64,000 nucleotides of DNA from Eledone cirrhosa (lineage: Eukaryota), in the NCBI GenBank assembly GCA_964016885.1, contig OZ024754.1, positions 29,884,001-29,948,000 on the forward strand. Direction: 5' to 3'. A program made the position numbers and the translations under genes. Under the pieces are notes generated by a model. The model was not told the DNA's origin and searched no databases. It saw only the letters and a program-made list of their open reading frames with translations. Of this stretch, positions 14,270 to 26,867 are shown piece after piece (the stretch's first letter is position 1; each line of letters begins with the position of its first letter).

Positions 14270-17200
14270 TTACAGATTTATATACAAAGAAGGCCTAATC
14301 ACTCGGGCCATTCTTGCCACATTCACCCGCCTTTCAGTAAATTTACTGGGGTGCAGTACCTCTCTCTCCACTCTGATTCTCCTTCTGAAGTGGTATCAAA
14401 AGAAGGGAATGAGTTGTTGTCCGGAGAGAAAAGAATCTGTCATCAGTCCTCTCAACCTTGTCCACCATATTACCTCTTTTACCATAGCCACTATGCAGAG
14501 GAAAACCGACTCTCTTTCGTTTTTAAATGAAGGTGGCGGTTTGATCCTTACTGTGGACTCGGCAGTCAACTGTATTTGTCCCACACGCGGCAGCAGTTGT
14601 TCTGCGTAGTTCCACAGGTCAGTTACGCCCGGGCAGTGTACAATTGCGTACTAGACGGTTTCAATGTCCCGCTCGCATCTTGGACACGTCCTCTTTGAAG
14701 GATCCCTGCCAGGTCATCCGTGCCTGTAGATCTTGTCACGTACTGGTAGAGCTCCTCGGTAGCACTGCCAGGCCAGGGACTTTTGGAAGTTGTCCATAGG
14801 TTCTGGGCGGAAAGTCCTACCGAACAGACCGGTCAGCTCGTCTTCTTCGACGCCCAGAGTCTCTCCGAGAACGTCGTCGCACTTACACCGTGCTAACCCT
14901 CTATAGAATGACGAAGTGGAGTCTCCACTGTTTGATGTGCCCGATTGATAGAGGACTGTGAGCGCCTGAGCGCATTCGATGTGAAGGCGCCCAATTTCTT
15001 CGGTCTCTGCTTGATGCAGGACTGCAGCTCTGTCAGCGAGACAATGTGCGGAAAGGTTTGTCTTACAAATGGGGCCCACACCGGTTGGTCGGTGAGAAAT
15101 ACCTGGAGATGCCGTAGCCTCAGAGCGTGTTTGTGCATCATCAGCCACGGCATTCCCAGCCCTCTGTTGGAAAGGTGCTGGCAGCAGACGGATCTCCTCA
15201 CCAGTAGAGCCTGCTTCTTCCAAAGGAATTGGAAAAGCATGCGTTCTATTTTGGTGAGGTTTTCACGGGGACAAGGCTCGACGGTCAAGAGGTAGTAGAT
15301 TACGGACGCTATGAAAGTGTTCGCCACCTCCGCTCGACCTTTCAAGGATAGTTTGCACTCTGCCCACTTCTGAGTGAGCACAAATACCTTGGCGGTGACG
15401 TCGTTCCAGTTTTTCTCCACCTGGTGACCCCGAGCAATTTCACCGGTCCTTCCGTCCAGCGTACGACAACGCTGTCGGACGGCATCGGTTTGCCTCTCCA
15501 CATTCAGAGTTGCAAACCGACAGACTTGTGCGGGTTTAGTTTTGCTCCTGTAAGCCTTTCGTATTCCTTCAGTAAGTTGCCAATCGCACCAATTTCCGAT
15601 GTTTTCGACACCATTACTGTCATGTCGTTTTCGCAGTCCCGTTCCAATGAGATACCCTGCGAAAGCTCCAGCTTCCGCAGTAGTGGCTCGAGAGTCAGAA
15701 CATACAGAATGGAGGAGAGAGGGCATCCCTGTCGGATGGAACGCACTGATAGGTGATTCGGAACGGCTCCGATAGGTAGCCGTTCACCTTGACTATCGAG
15801 CAGATGTTGGTGTGCATGGCTGTGATCCAGCTTCTGAAGACGGGTCCGAAACCGGCCGCCTTGAGAACTGCTTCCAAGTATCGATGGTCGACCCTATCAA
15901 AAGTCTTAGACTGATCTAAATTGATCAGAGCCCCACCGAATACGGGTTAACACCCCACTCTCTCTATGATGTATCGTATGGGGTGGAGGTTGTCGTGTAT
16001 GGACCTGGTTAGGATTGCACACGTTTGTGCTTTTCCCACCAGGTTATCGACGGCAAGCGCCAGCCTTGTTGCTAGCACCTTGGTCAACAACTTTTACTCT
16101 GTGTTTAGGATAGTTATGGGCCTGAAATTGGATATTTCGTCGCCTTTGTTCTCGTCTTTCCTGATCAGCGTTACTACGCCCCTGCCTAGAAAACTAGGAA
16201 TTCTCCTGTTCTGCTGCTAGTTGCAGTAGACGTCTTCGAGGACGCCAGAAAACAACTCCGGCATGCCTATGTAAAACTCATAAGGTAGACCATCTAGACC
16301 GGGTGATTTGCGTTTCCCGCAGCGCCCTAGAGCGTCCCGTATCTCAGCCGCTTTGATCTGTCTTTTGCAGAACTTCGTGGTTCGCCGTCGAGGTATGAAC
16401 TGAAGTCCATTGCTTCGTCCGGCGCTCCGCTCTTCCCGAACAGTTGCACAGAGTGCTGCTGAAAGGCCGTGCACTTCTGCTTGGAATCAAGTAGCACGCG
16501 TCCGTTTTGGTCTTTCAAAGACAGAATCGTAGACTTGTTGCCACTTTTCGCTTCTGCCACTCGGGCCCAGCTAACAGATTTTTCTCCCTCGTTTCCTAGA
16601 GCACGTGTTCTACTCCTGACAACGCAGCCTTCGTGTTTCGCATCGAAGAACTGGTCCAGTGCCGTTCTCGTTGCTAGCACGCTAGCTGCGTTACCATTCC
16701 TAAGCGCCTCTTTTATTTTGGCTATCAGTTCTTTTTTCTGTTTTATCTTTTTCTAGAGCTAGTTCTTCGCTAAAAGCTATGGACTCTAATCTAATTGCTC
16801 TCTTGAGAGAGCACCACCACCTATTGTTGACGATGTCTCCCGTCAACTGGTGCTTAACTAAACTACTTATCCGTCTCTTGTAGACTTTACGCATCGGTAA
16901 CGACATGTTCAGCTTCCAGTATCCGGGTTCCTGTCTATGCGTTCTATCATGGTTGACTATGCAGGTGACTAGTTTGTGGTCCGAATAGGCAACCATGTAC
17001 ATTTGCGGACAGCTTAACATTTTCTTCTCTCTCTCTCTAATTATGAATCTGTCTAAATACGATCTAGATGTCCCACTGCGATTTGTCCATGTCCACTGTG
17101 GTGCAGTTGGGAAATCTAGTCTATACCTATCGGCCAGTTGGAATCGGCCGATTAAATTTTTGAGGTTGTTGCACCCCCTCCCCTCTATTGAGACACGTTC

Positions 17201-17661
17201 CTACATGGTCCCAACGTGCATCCAATATACCATTCCAGTCTCCCCACTAAAAGCAAGGAGCAAGACGTTCCCAGAAAGGACTCTAGACGCTTGAAGAATC
17301 CTGGTCGCGATGACCCAGTCGGGGCATAAACGGCCATCAGTGTGAAGGCTCCACCTTCACCACTGTTCACGTCTAGGACCACCAGTCTATCCTCCGGGTC
17401 CAAGTATATTTGCTGTATCTCGAGGTCCAGGTTTTTCCGAAACAAAACAACCACTCCCTCTCCAGCTCCTGGCTGACAGAGAGATGCGTAAATCTCAAAG
17501 TCATCAAAGATGGGGATTAGTTGCTGCTTGTTGTGGATCCTGAACTCGCTGATGGCTATCACATCCATATCATGTGACCTTAGGTCATTTAAAAGTTGGC
17601 CCTGTTTCCAGGGCATCCCTAGGCTATGCACATTCACACTTCCAACTCGTAAATTTGCCAT
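14270..17661 (-). pseudogene. ORF2 (APE endonuclease-reverse transcriptase) with multiple frameshifts and stops
   Basis: MANLRVGSVNVHSL, VYAP, YSDHKLV, GYWKLN, KSPGLDGLPYEFY, IRQGCPLS, LSLKGRAEVAN spread across frames. Confidence 0.9.
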
Positions 17662-17700
17662 GTTGGTGGAGAAGAGTTGGAGAAAGACGAAAAGATGCAC

Positions 17701-19445
17701 TTACCTTTTCGTTTCCTGGAGATCGGGTTGTTCGATCTCTATTTGGGTGCTGTTCGGGTGTTGGGTCGGGTGAGGAAACATTTTAATAGGACTCTGTTGA
17801 TGGGTTTTTGACAAGGGTTTCCAACGTCCTGCGAAAATTCGTCTTTCAGTCTGTTGTAGGTTTCTATTGTAACCCTTATCCTCTTCAGGTGTGGTGCAGT
17901 GTCTGATTTTGTGAAAGTTTTCTCCTCGGTTTCCACTTTGGGGTCTTTGGAGGTGACCTCCATTAGGTTTTTGTTTTTTGTGTTGATGTATACGTACTGT
18001 TGTTTGGATTTTTGTTGTGTTGTTTTTGTTTGTTGTTTGTATTGTAATTTTCTTTTGATGGTGGGCATTTGTGTTTGGGGTGGTGTTGGTGTTTGTTTTG
18101 CTGGTAGGAGGGGTTTTGATTGTGGTGTTTATTTGTGTTGTTTGTGTTGGTGGTTGTGTGTTTGTGTTGGTGGTTGGTGTTTTTGTGGTTTTGCGGTGTC
18201 TTTTTTTAATTTTTTTTATTTCTGAGGCTATCCTTCATCTTCGCTTGAGGATGGAGAGGTAGTCTCGTCTGATGAGTCGTCATCATGGGTGTGTAGGAGG
18301 GGTATGTTGTGTGGCGATGGGGTGTTTGTATGTGTGGTTGTGGTAGTGTTGTATGGAGTGTTGGATGGAGTAGGATGGGTGGGACTGTATTTTTCAGGGG
18401 AATTGTTTGTGTTTTTTCTGTTGTTTGTGGTTGTGCAGTTGTTGGTTTTTGTGTGTTGCTTGTTTTGTGTTGTTGTTGTTGGTGTGGTTTTGGTGGTGGT
18501 GTTGGTAAAAGTACTTTTAAATGTGATGTACTGAAGCATTTAAAACAATGTGACCTCCATCATTCTGTCGAAATGTGTATATAGTTGGTGTCGTCTACTG
18601 GCACTCTTTCTGGGATTTTCGAAATTCTTTCTGGTCTCATTTGGACCAGAATTTCCAAACTTGTGTCATTCCATGTGTTTCTTGTGGATCTTTTTATGGA
18701 AAGGATGGTGTCTTCTTCCTCCACCAAGAACCCTGCCAGAATCCACCAAATATTAATATTTGGTGGTATGTTGGTAATATTTATTTTTTGTGTCCTTTTT
18801 CCCATGTATGTAGGGAAAAAGGTGTATTTAGCAGAGGTGGCCGGGGTCACCGAGTATTTTTGTGTAAGGGCCTCGCTTTTGAAAAGCACCGAAATGCTTC
18901 CATATTGTTTGGCCCTCTGGATGAAATCAATGTCCGGCGTAGACTCCTTCAAGACAGTTTTAATTTCGCCTTGAGTGAGGAATGTCGTTTTTTTACTGTG
19001 TTTGTGGTCTTACGAAGTGTGTCAACCCTAATTTGTGGGGGAGAAGTAATTCTACCCCCCCCCCCCCCCCACACACACACACCTTTTTCTCTTCAAAAAT
19101 GATGCGCTTCTTCCCTTCATTGATAATTTCTTTCGCATTAGAAATGTCCAAGTGGGTGAACTTTTGCTTGCTAGCTGCTGTCTCAGCGAAAGATTGTTTA
19201 TGGTTGCTGTTGTTGTTGTCCTCAATTGTTGTTTCATTTGTGGTGGTGGAGTTTATTAGTTTAGTTGTCGTGTTGTCTTTTTATTCAGTGATTATTGGTG
19301 TAGGTTGTGTAACAATATTTTTTTTACGAAAATTGTCCATGTTTGTAACAGAAGTTTCGTAATGGTAAAGTTTACTATCCCTTCCCTACTTGTAGTAGCA
19401 GTTGGTAATGGCGTCGTTGCTGGCGTTTGTGTTTCGTTATTCATA
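17701..19445 (-). pseudogene. Tx1 ORF1 remnant
   Basis: FFPTYMGKRTQKINITNIPP is homologous to ORF1 of the second copy. Thr/Asn/Gln-rich low-complexity tracts. Boundaries approximate. Confidence 0.75.
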
Positions 19446-19644
19446 TTGTTTGTGATGTCCCCTAAGGAAGCGAAAAATGAAATGACCCAGCCGCTGACAA
19501 TTCAGACGGAGAGTCAATCTACAAAATAATACTTTTCAGCAGAAAATTTCGTTTTTTTTGCATATAAATAAGGCAAAAACTTACCAGCGAGAGTGGTACG
19601 CGTCCTCTATTATCCTCTACTATAGGTAGATAGATAGATAGATT

Positions 19645-19687
<43 letters not shown>

Positions 19688-19688
19688 T

Positions 19689-19736
<48 letters not shown>

Positions 19737-19995
19737 TGTTTCTATATTAGCCACAGGGGCACAAAAGAAGGGGACAAATACAAAGGGGGAAGTTTACATA
19801 CAATAAAAACGTGTAAAATGTTATCACAAATGCAATTTAAAAAATTAGTCGATTTTCCCCAATAGGGGAGACAGTTCATATGGGTAACACATACCCCCGA
19901 AAAAATGTGCAACCCTCATCTCCAGGAGTACGAAGAGTTTGTACTCCTTTCCTCTCCTCCTCCTTTTCCTCCTCCTTTTCCTCAACCTACAGGCT
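19737..19995 (-). mobile_element. Tx1 3' UTR fragment
   Basis: Nearly identical to 20054-20300 and 24661-24908; GATA on both sides. Confidence 0.9.
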
Positions 19996-20033
<38 letters not shown>

Positions 20034-20290
20034 GAGATAGATAAATAGATAGATTTCTTTATTAGCCACAGGGGCACACAAGAAGGGGACAAATACAAAG
20101 GGGGAAGTTTACATACAATAAAAACGTGTAAAATGTTATCACAAATGCAATTTAAGAAGTTAGTCGATTTTCCCTAATAGCGGGAGACAGTTCATATGGG
20201 TAACACATACCCCCTAAAAAATGTGCAACCCTCAAGTCCAGGGGTACGAAGAATTTGTACTCCTTTCCTCTCCTCCTCCTTTTCCTCAAC

Positions 20291-22366
20291 CTACAGGCTG
20301 TTATAGAGAGAAGGCCCATTCACTCGGGCCATTCTCGCCACTTTTACCCACCTTTCATAAAACTTTCTGGGGTGCAGCATCTCTCTCTCCATCCTGATTC
20401 TTCTTCCAAAGTGGTATTTGAAAAAAAGAATCAGTTGTTGGCCGGAGAGAAAGGTGTCTGACCTCAGCCCTTTCAACCTTGTCCACCATACAACCTCTTT
20501 CGCCATAGCTATCACACAAAGGAAAACCGCCTCTCCTTCGTTTTTGAAGGAGGGTGGCGGTTTGAGCATGACAATGGACTCGGTGGTCAACCGGATTGGT
20601 CCCACCCGCGACAATAATCGTTCTACATAGCCCCTCAGGTCAGTGACGTCCGGGCAGTGTATGAGTGCGTGCGCGACGGTTTCTTCGTTACGCATGCACC
20701 TCGGACAGATCTTTTTTGCAGGGTCCCTGCTCGGGCACCCATGTCTGTAGAGCTTGTCTCGAACTGGTAGAGCTCCTCGGTAGTACTGCCAGGCAAGGGA
20801 CTTTGGGAAGTTGTCCATCGGTCCCGGGCGGAAGGTCCTACCGAACAGACTGGCCAGTTCATCTTCCTCTACGCCTAGAGTTTCACCGAGCGCGTCGTTG
20901 CACTTGCTGCGGATCAACCCTCTATAGAATGACGAAGTGGAGTCTCCACTGATCGCCAGGTCCGTCAGCCAGAGGGCTGTGAGCGCCTGAGCACATTCGA
21001 TATGCCAGTCGCCCATTTTCCTCGGTCTTTGCTTGACCCAGGACTGCAGCTCGGTCATCGAGACGAGTCGTGGGAAGGCTCGCCTCACGAACGGGGCCCA
21101 CACCGGTTGTCCGGTGAGGAATACGTAGAGATGCCGCAGCCTGAGCGCGTTTTTGCGCATCGTCAACCACGGCATCCCCAGCCCTCCGTTAGAAGGGTGT
21201 TGGCAGAAGATGGATCTTCTCACCAAAGGAGCCCGCCTCTTCCAAAGGAATTGGAAGAGCGCGCGTTCCATTTTGGCGAGCGTTTTGGCTGGACAAGGCA
21301 CGACGGTCAAGCGGTAGTAGATGGCAGACGCTATAAAAGTGTTCGCCACCTCCGCTCGACCTTTCAAGGATAGTTTGCACTCGGCCCACTTCTGGGTGAG
21401 TGCAAACACCTTGGCCGTCACTTCGTTCCAGTTCTTCTCCACCTGGAGGTCCGGACCAAACCAGACCCCGAGCAGCTTTACCGGTCCTTCCGTCCAGCGT
21501 CCGACGACGCCATCGGAAGGCATCGGTTTGCCTCTCCACGATCCGAGTTGCAAACCGATGGACTTGTCCCGGTTCAGCTTCGCTCCTGTGAAACTTTCGT
21601 ATTCCTTCAGTAAGGTGCCGACTTCCTCGATTTGCGAGGCGGTCGACACCATTACTGTCACGTCGTCGGCGTAGTCCGACGCCGCTTTCCGCAGTCCCGG
21701 TTCCAGAGGGATGCCCTGCAATAGCTCCAACTTCCGCAGTAGTGGCTCGAGAGTCAGTACGTACAGAAGGGGGGAGAGAGGGCATCCCTGTCGAATGGAT
21801 CGTGTAATATGGAACGGCTCCGAGAGCTAGTCGATATCTATCGGCCAGGTCAAATTGGTCGATTAACTGTTTGAGGCTGTTACACCCCCCTTTATCGGGA
21901 CATGCTCCCACATAGTCCCAACGTGCATCTAGGATTCCATTCCAGTCCCCCACTAAAAGCAAGGAGCGGGACGTTCCCAGAAAAGTCTCTAGACGTTTGA
22001 AGATGTCTGGTCGCGGTGTCCCGGATGGGGCATATGCGGCCACCAGCCTGAACGCTCCACCTTCACTACCGTCAACGTCTAGGACCACCAGTCGACCCTC
22101 CGGGTCCAGATGTACCGGCTGTGTAACGAGGCCCAGGTGTTTCCACAGCAAAACGGTAACTCCGCCCCCACCCCCGGTTGACAGAGAGATGCGTAGATCT
22201 CAAAGTCATCGAAGATGGGGGCCAGCTGTCGCTCGCTGTGGATCCTGGACTCGCAAATGGCTACCACATCCATACTGTGCGACCTGAGGTCGTTTAAGAG
22301 TTTGCCCTGTTTCCAGGGCATCCCCAGGCCGCGTACGTTCACACATCCAACTCTTATATTGGCCAT
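20291..22366 (-). pseudogene. ORF2, internally deleted
   Basis: MANIRVGCVNVRGL...LLVGDWN...; YADD; CPRCMRNEETVAHALIHC zinc finger; 479-aa open C-terminal part 20291-21730. Confidence 0.9.
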
Positions 22367-22401
22367 GTTGGTGCTGAAAAGTTAAAAGAGGAAAAGAGAT
22401 C

Positions 22402-24325
22402 ACTCACCCTTCGTCTCCTGGGGACCAGGCCGCACGATTTCCATGGGGGTGTTGGAGGGGTTGTCTGGATGGGTGGTGGTTTCCGGCGGGGTGGGGACGG
22501 AGATGTTTGGTGGGGTGGGGTCTGGTGGGATGGGGGTGTCTGGGGTGGGGAGACATTTGAGAAGGACGCGGTTAAGTGGTTTCACGCAGGAATTCCCCAC
22601 ATCCTTCTCAAATGTTTCTTTTAGGGACCTATAAGTTTGTATAGGGACCCTAATCAGTTTTAGGTTCAGTTTTTTGTTATTTTTAATAGAGTGGGCGAAA
22701 GTTTTCCCTTCGGTTTTCACCGAAGGGTCGTTCGTGATTTGTCTCCATTAGTGTTTTGTTTTCAGTGTTTATGTAAGTGTAATTTTCTTGTGTTGTGTTT
22801 GTTTTTGTCTGTAGTTCTTGTGTGTGCTTTCGTTTTGTTGTAGGTATTTTGTTTTCAGGAGGTGGGGGTCTTGTTTGTGATGTTTTTGTTGTTTGTGTTG
22901 GTGGTTGTATGTTTGTGGTAGTGTTTGCTGTTTTTTTGCTTTTGTGATGTCTTTTCTTTCTTTTCGAGCGATGGGGTTCTCCCTCGTCTTCACTGGGTGA
23001 TGGCGAGATAGCCTCATCTGTTGTCTCGTCTGTGTGATTGGGGAGGGGTATGTCTTGGGGAGCTGTTGTGTCTGTATGTGATTTTGCAGTGTTTTTAGGT
23101 GGAGTGGGGTTGGGTGGGACTGTGTTTGTTGTGGTTATTTTTGTGTGTTGGTGTTGTTGTTGTTGTGGTGGTGTTGGTGGTTGTGTTGTTTTGATGGGTG
23201 TCGGCAGAAGAGCCTTTTTTTATTCATTAATTTAGGACAGGAAGCCCTCAGGTGACCCCTGCTAAAGCAATGGTAACATGAAGGCCGCCTACCCTCAACC
23301 GAAAATTTTATGTAGGTGAGTCCGTCCAGGAGTACGCGTTGTGGGATCATAGCTATTCGCTCTGGGCTCATTTGCACCAGAACTTCAATGCTAGTCCCAT
23401 CTCTGGGGGACTTTCCTAGTGACAGTATTCTGTCTTCATCAAAATTGATGAAGCCGCACAGCATCCACCATATGTTCACCTTTGGTGTGACACGAGTGAT
23501 TTTGATCTTTTGTGTTCTTTTTCCCATGTATCTAGGGAAAAAGGTGTACAGGTTGGATACAATTGGCGACACAGAGTAATTTTGGGCCGTCAATTGATCC
23601 TTCATGAGTACCGAAATACTCCCAAAAAGTTTGCTTCTTTGAATGAATGCAATATCATTCATTGAATTTTTGAAAACCAGTTCAATTTTTCCCTGTGACA
23701 ATTGGACTGGTTTTCGGGTAGAATTGGAAACTGTCCTAAAAACTATCGTTTTGAGAGCAGTTTCCTTGCGAATTTCTACCGGAGAATTGATGCTGAAAGC
23801 ACCATTTTTTTCGAAAGTGACATATCTCCTAGCGTCCTTTAAAAGTTGTTCAGCATTTGTTATGTCGAGATATGTCAGTTCCTCCTTTTTCTGAACTGTC
23901 TGTGCAAAGGAGATTTTTGGTTTCTTTGTGGAATTATCCGTGTTGGTGGCGTTGTCATTATTGTTGTTATTGTTGTTGTTATTCTTGTTGTCACCGATGT
24001 TGATATTATTCGTATTTTCCTTGGTGTTGGTGTTGGTGTTGTTGTTGTCTTTAATGCTGGTGTTATTGGTGTTGTCTTTATTTTTTTCTTTGTTGTTGTT
24101 ATCATTGTTGTTTTTATCATCATTATTGGTGTTGCTGTTATTTTTGTTGTCATTGAACTGTTTGGTGTCATTTGTGTTTGAATATGAATTTGTTTTTACA
24201 TTTTCATTTCGTCTTTCCATCTCTATTGTATCTATTGAGAAGGAAAGGGAAGAAGACGATGTTTACTGCGAGCTTTGTAGTCTTACCGACTCTCCACCAC
24301 CATTATCGTTGGACGCAGCGTTCAT
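22402..24325 (-). pseudogene. Tx1 ORF1 (gag-like CCHC knuckle, Asn-rich N-terminus), frameshifted
   Basis: CYHCFSRGHLRASC (Cx2Cx4Hx4C) in ORF 23135-24220. Confidence 0.85.
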
Positions 24326-24575
24326 AACGTAATCAAACTTTTACAATATTTTTTCCAAAATTAGATGGAGAAAAAATTTTCAAACGAATATTTCGCCCCT
24401 GTAGGGGCGAAAATGAGTTGACCCACCACCTGAAGGTCCAGACGGGGGGGGGGTGTCAAGTTACACAATAATATAAAATTTAACTGAAAACTCACGTTTT
24501 TTTCTTACATAAATTAACGGAAACTTCTCCGCGAAGTTACACACGTCTGATAGAGAGAGAGATAGATAGACAGAC

Positions 24576-24660
<85 letters not shown>

Positions 24661-25178
24661 TATTTCTTTATTAGCCACAGGGGCACAAAAGAAGGGGACA
24701 AATACAAAGGGGGAAGTTTACATACAATAAAAACGTGTAAAATGTTATCACAGATGGAATTTAAAAGTTAGTCGATTTTCCCCAATAGAGGGAGACAGTT
24801 TATATGGGTAACACAGACCCCCGAAAAAAATGTGCAACCCTCATCTCCAGGAGTACGAAGAGCTTGTACTCCTTTCCTCTCCTCCTCCTTTTCCTCAACC
24901 TACAGGCTGATATAGAGAGAAGGCCCATTCACTCGGGCCATTCTCGCCACTTTCACCCACCTTTCATAAAACTTGCTGGGGTACAGCACCTCTCTCTCCA
25001 TCCTGATTCTTCTTCCAAAGTGGTATTTGAAAAAAAGAATCAGTTGTTGGCCGGAGAGAAAGGTGTCTGACCTCAGCCCTTTCAACCTTGTCCACCATAC
25101 AACCTCTTTCGCCATAGCTATCACACAAAGGAAAACCGCCTCTCCTTCGTTTTTGAAGGAGGGTGGCGGTTTGATCAT
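24661..25178 (-). mobile_element. Tx1 3' fragment
   Basis: Near-identical to 20054-20570; GATA both sides. Confidence 0.9.
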
Positions 25179-25700
25179 GATAGATAGATAGATAGATAGA
25201 TAGAAAGATGCGGTATACTATGGTTTGACTTCCATTTATTTCTAAAGTTCACTTGGCTAAACATACATTTTATCTAACAAGAACTGACTTTTATGAAACA
25301 CCAATACCATATTACGAAATATCCAGTAACGAATTGGCATTTCTTTTCTATTGTGAAAAGTGGATCGAATTAGCATAAAAGTGCAGGGACGCCATTGTTA
25401 TAGAGTTTGTGGTATGTTCACCTTTTACGTCCACAAAAGAACTCTAATTGGTGTTCTTGTGACGGGATTTCAATGAAATACTCATTCACTGACGTTCTGG
25501 ATATTTCTAATACAATGAAAAGACTGCAACTAATATATATTTCTGAAAGCCATATCACGAGAGAATTGTGAAATCCCAGAAACCGTGAAATGTATGGCTA
25601 AAGTCATGGTAGTATTTTGTTGTGTGTCCTTACATTCAGATTTCTAACCATGTCGTGGTTACTCATTCAATTCTCATATGAACCTTGAAGTAAAACGTAT

Positions 25701-25890
25701 AATAATTGTTTCTACTTTTGGCACAAGGCCAGCAATTACTCATTACATTAATGGTACTTTATTTTATCGACCCCGTAAGAATGAAAGGCAAAGTTAACCT
25801 CGACGGGATTTGAACTCAGACATTAAAGAGAGGTAACTATGCTGGAAAGCATGCCGTCCGACCCTCTACCGATACTGCCAATTCACCGCC
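25701..25890 (-). mobile_element. tRNA-derived SINE, full length
   Basis: Starts GGCGGTGAATTGGCAGTATCGG on the - strand; B box; ATT tail. Confidence 0.85.
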
Positions 25891-26867
25891 TTAATGTAAC
25901 TGAGTTGGTTAAGAGGCTTGTTTCGTAAATATTATATCCCTACTCCGTAGAATCATGCACAAGTGTTATTTAGGAAAGCCTTTGTTCGACCACAGCCTTT
26001 TAGATGACATATGAGGCTCAGCTGATGGACTGGTTTTCTATCCCCCATGGACAGAACACTAGTCTATCGCAGGGTTAAACCCTCAGCTATTGCTGGTAGT
26101 CATGTTCAGCTGAGTATAATGGGGCTATGTGAAATGAAGTTTTTTGCAAAAGAACTCAACACACAATCCAGTCCAGGAATAGAAATCACGACATTATGAT
26201 CGTAAGTCCAACGCCAGGCTACATGCCTCCAAATGACAGTATTTAGTTACATTCAAATCCTGCTGTGGCCAGTTATTCTATTTCTGTATTAGCCATGAAA
26301 ATACAAATATTACATTGGATCGATTGAATCAATAATACTCCTTTCTTAGAAAATTTTCAGATATTGTGCTGAAATAAAAAAGATCAATAATCCGATCAGG
26401 TTTAACAGAATTCAAATACTGATTGATAGAAAATTTAGTTCGTTATATTTTTAATTTACGCTAACAAGAAACAGTCTATACACACACAAACATAACGTTT
26501 ATTGTTGAAATGTTTTTAGAGAAAACATTTTTAATGATTTTACTATATATTTCCATTATCCCATCGTTACGTCGATAACGGTACTTAAATGTACACTGTA
26601 ATCAAAGGGCTAGCTTTGTTACTGTGTCGCACTGAATATCTCTGAGAATTATATTAAGAGTACATGTGTATATGGAATTCTCCTTCATTTGTTTGTTAAT
26701 TTCATTAACAGGCTGTTCCGTTAATCAGACAATTGGAATATCGTCGGAACTGCCGGATTTCCAACAAACAATTCTATGTATGTATTTATGCATGTATGTG
26801 TGTATGCATATATGCATGTATGCATGTATGTATGCATGTATATATGTATGTATGCATGTATGTATTC

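Larger units (their letters stand above)
20054..24548 (-). mobile_element. Second Tx1-clade element with both ends but an internal deletion
   Basis: ORF1 with a zinc knuckle. The ORF2 endonuclease is fused at ~21827 to the late RT region. GATA flanks. Confidence 0.9.
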
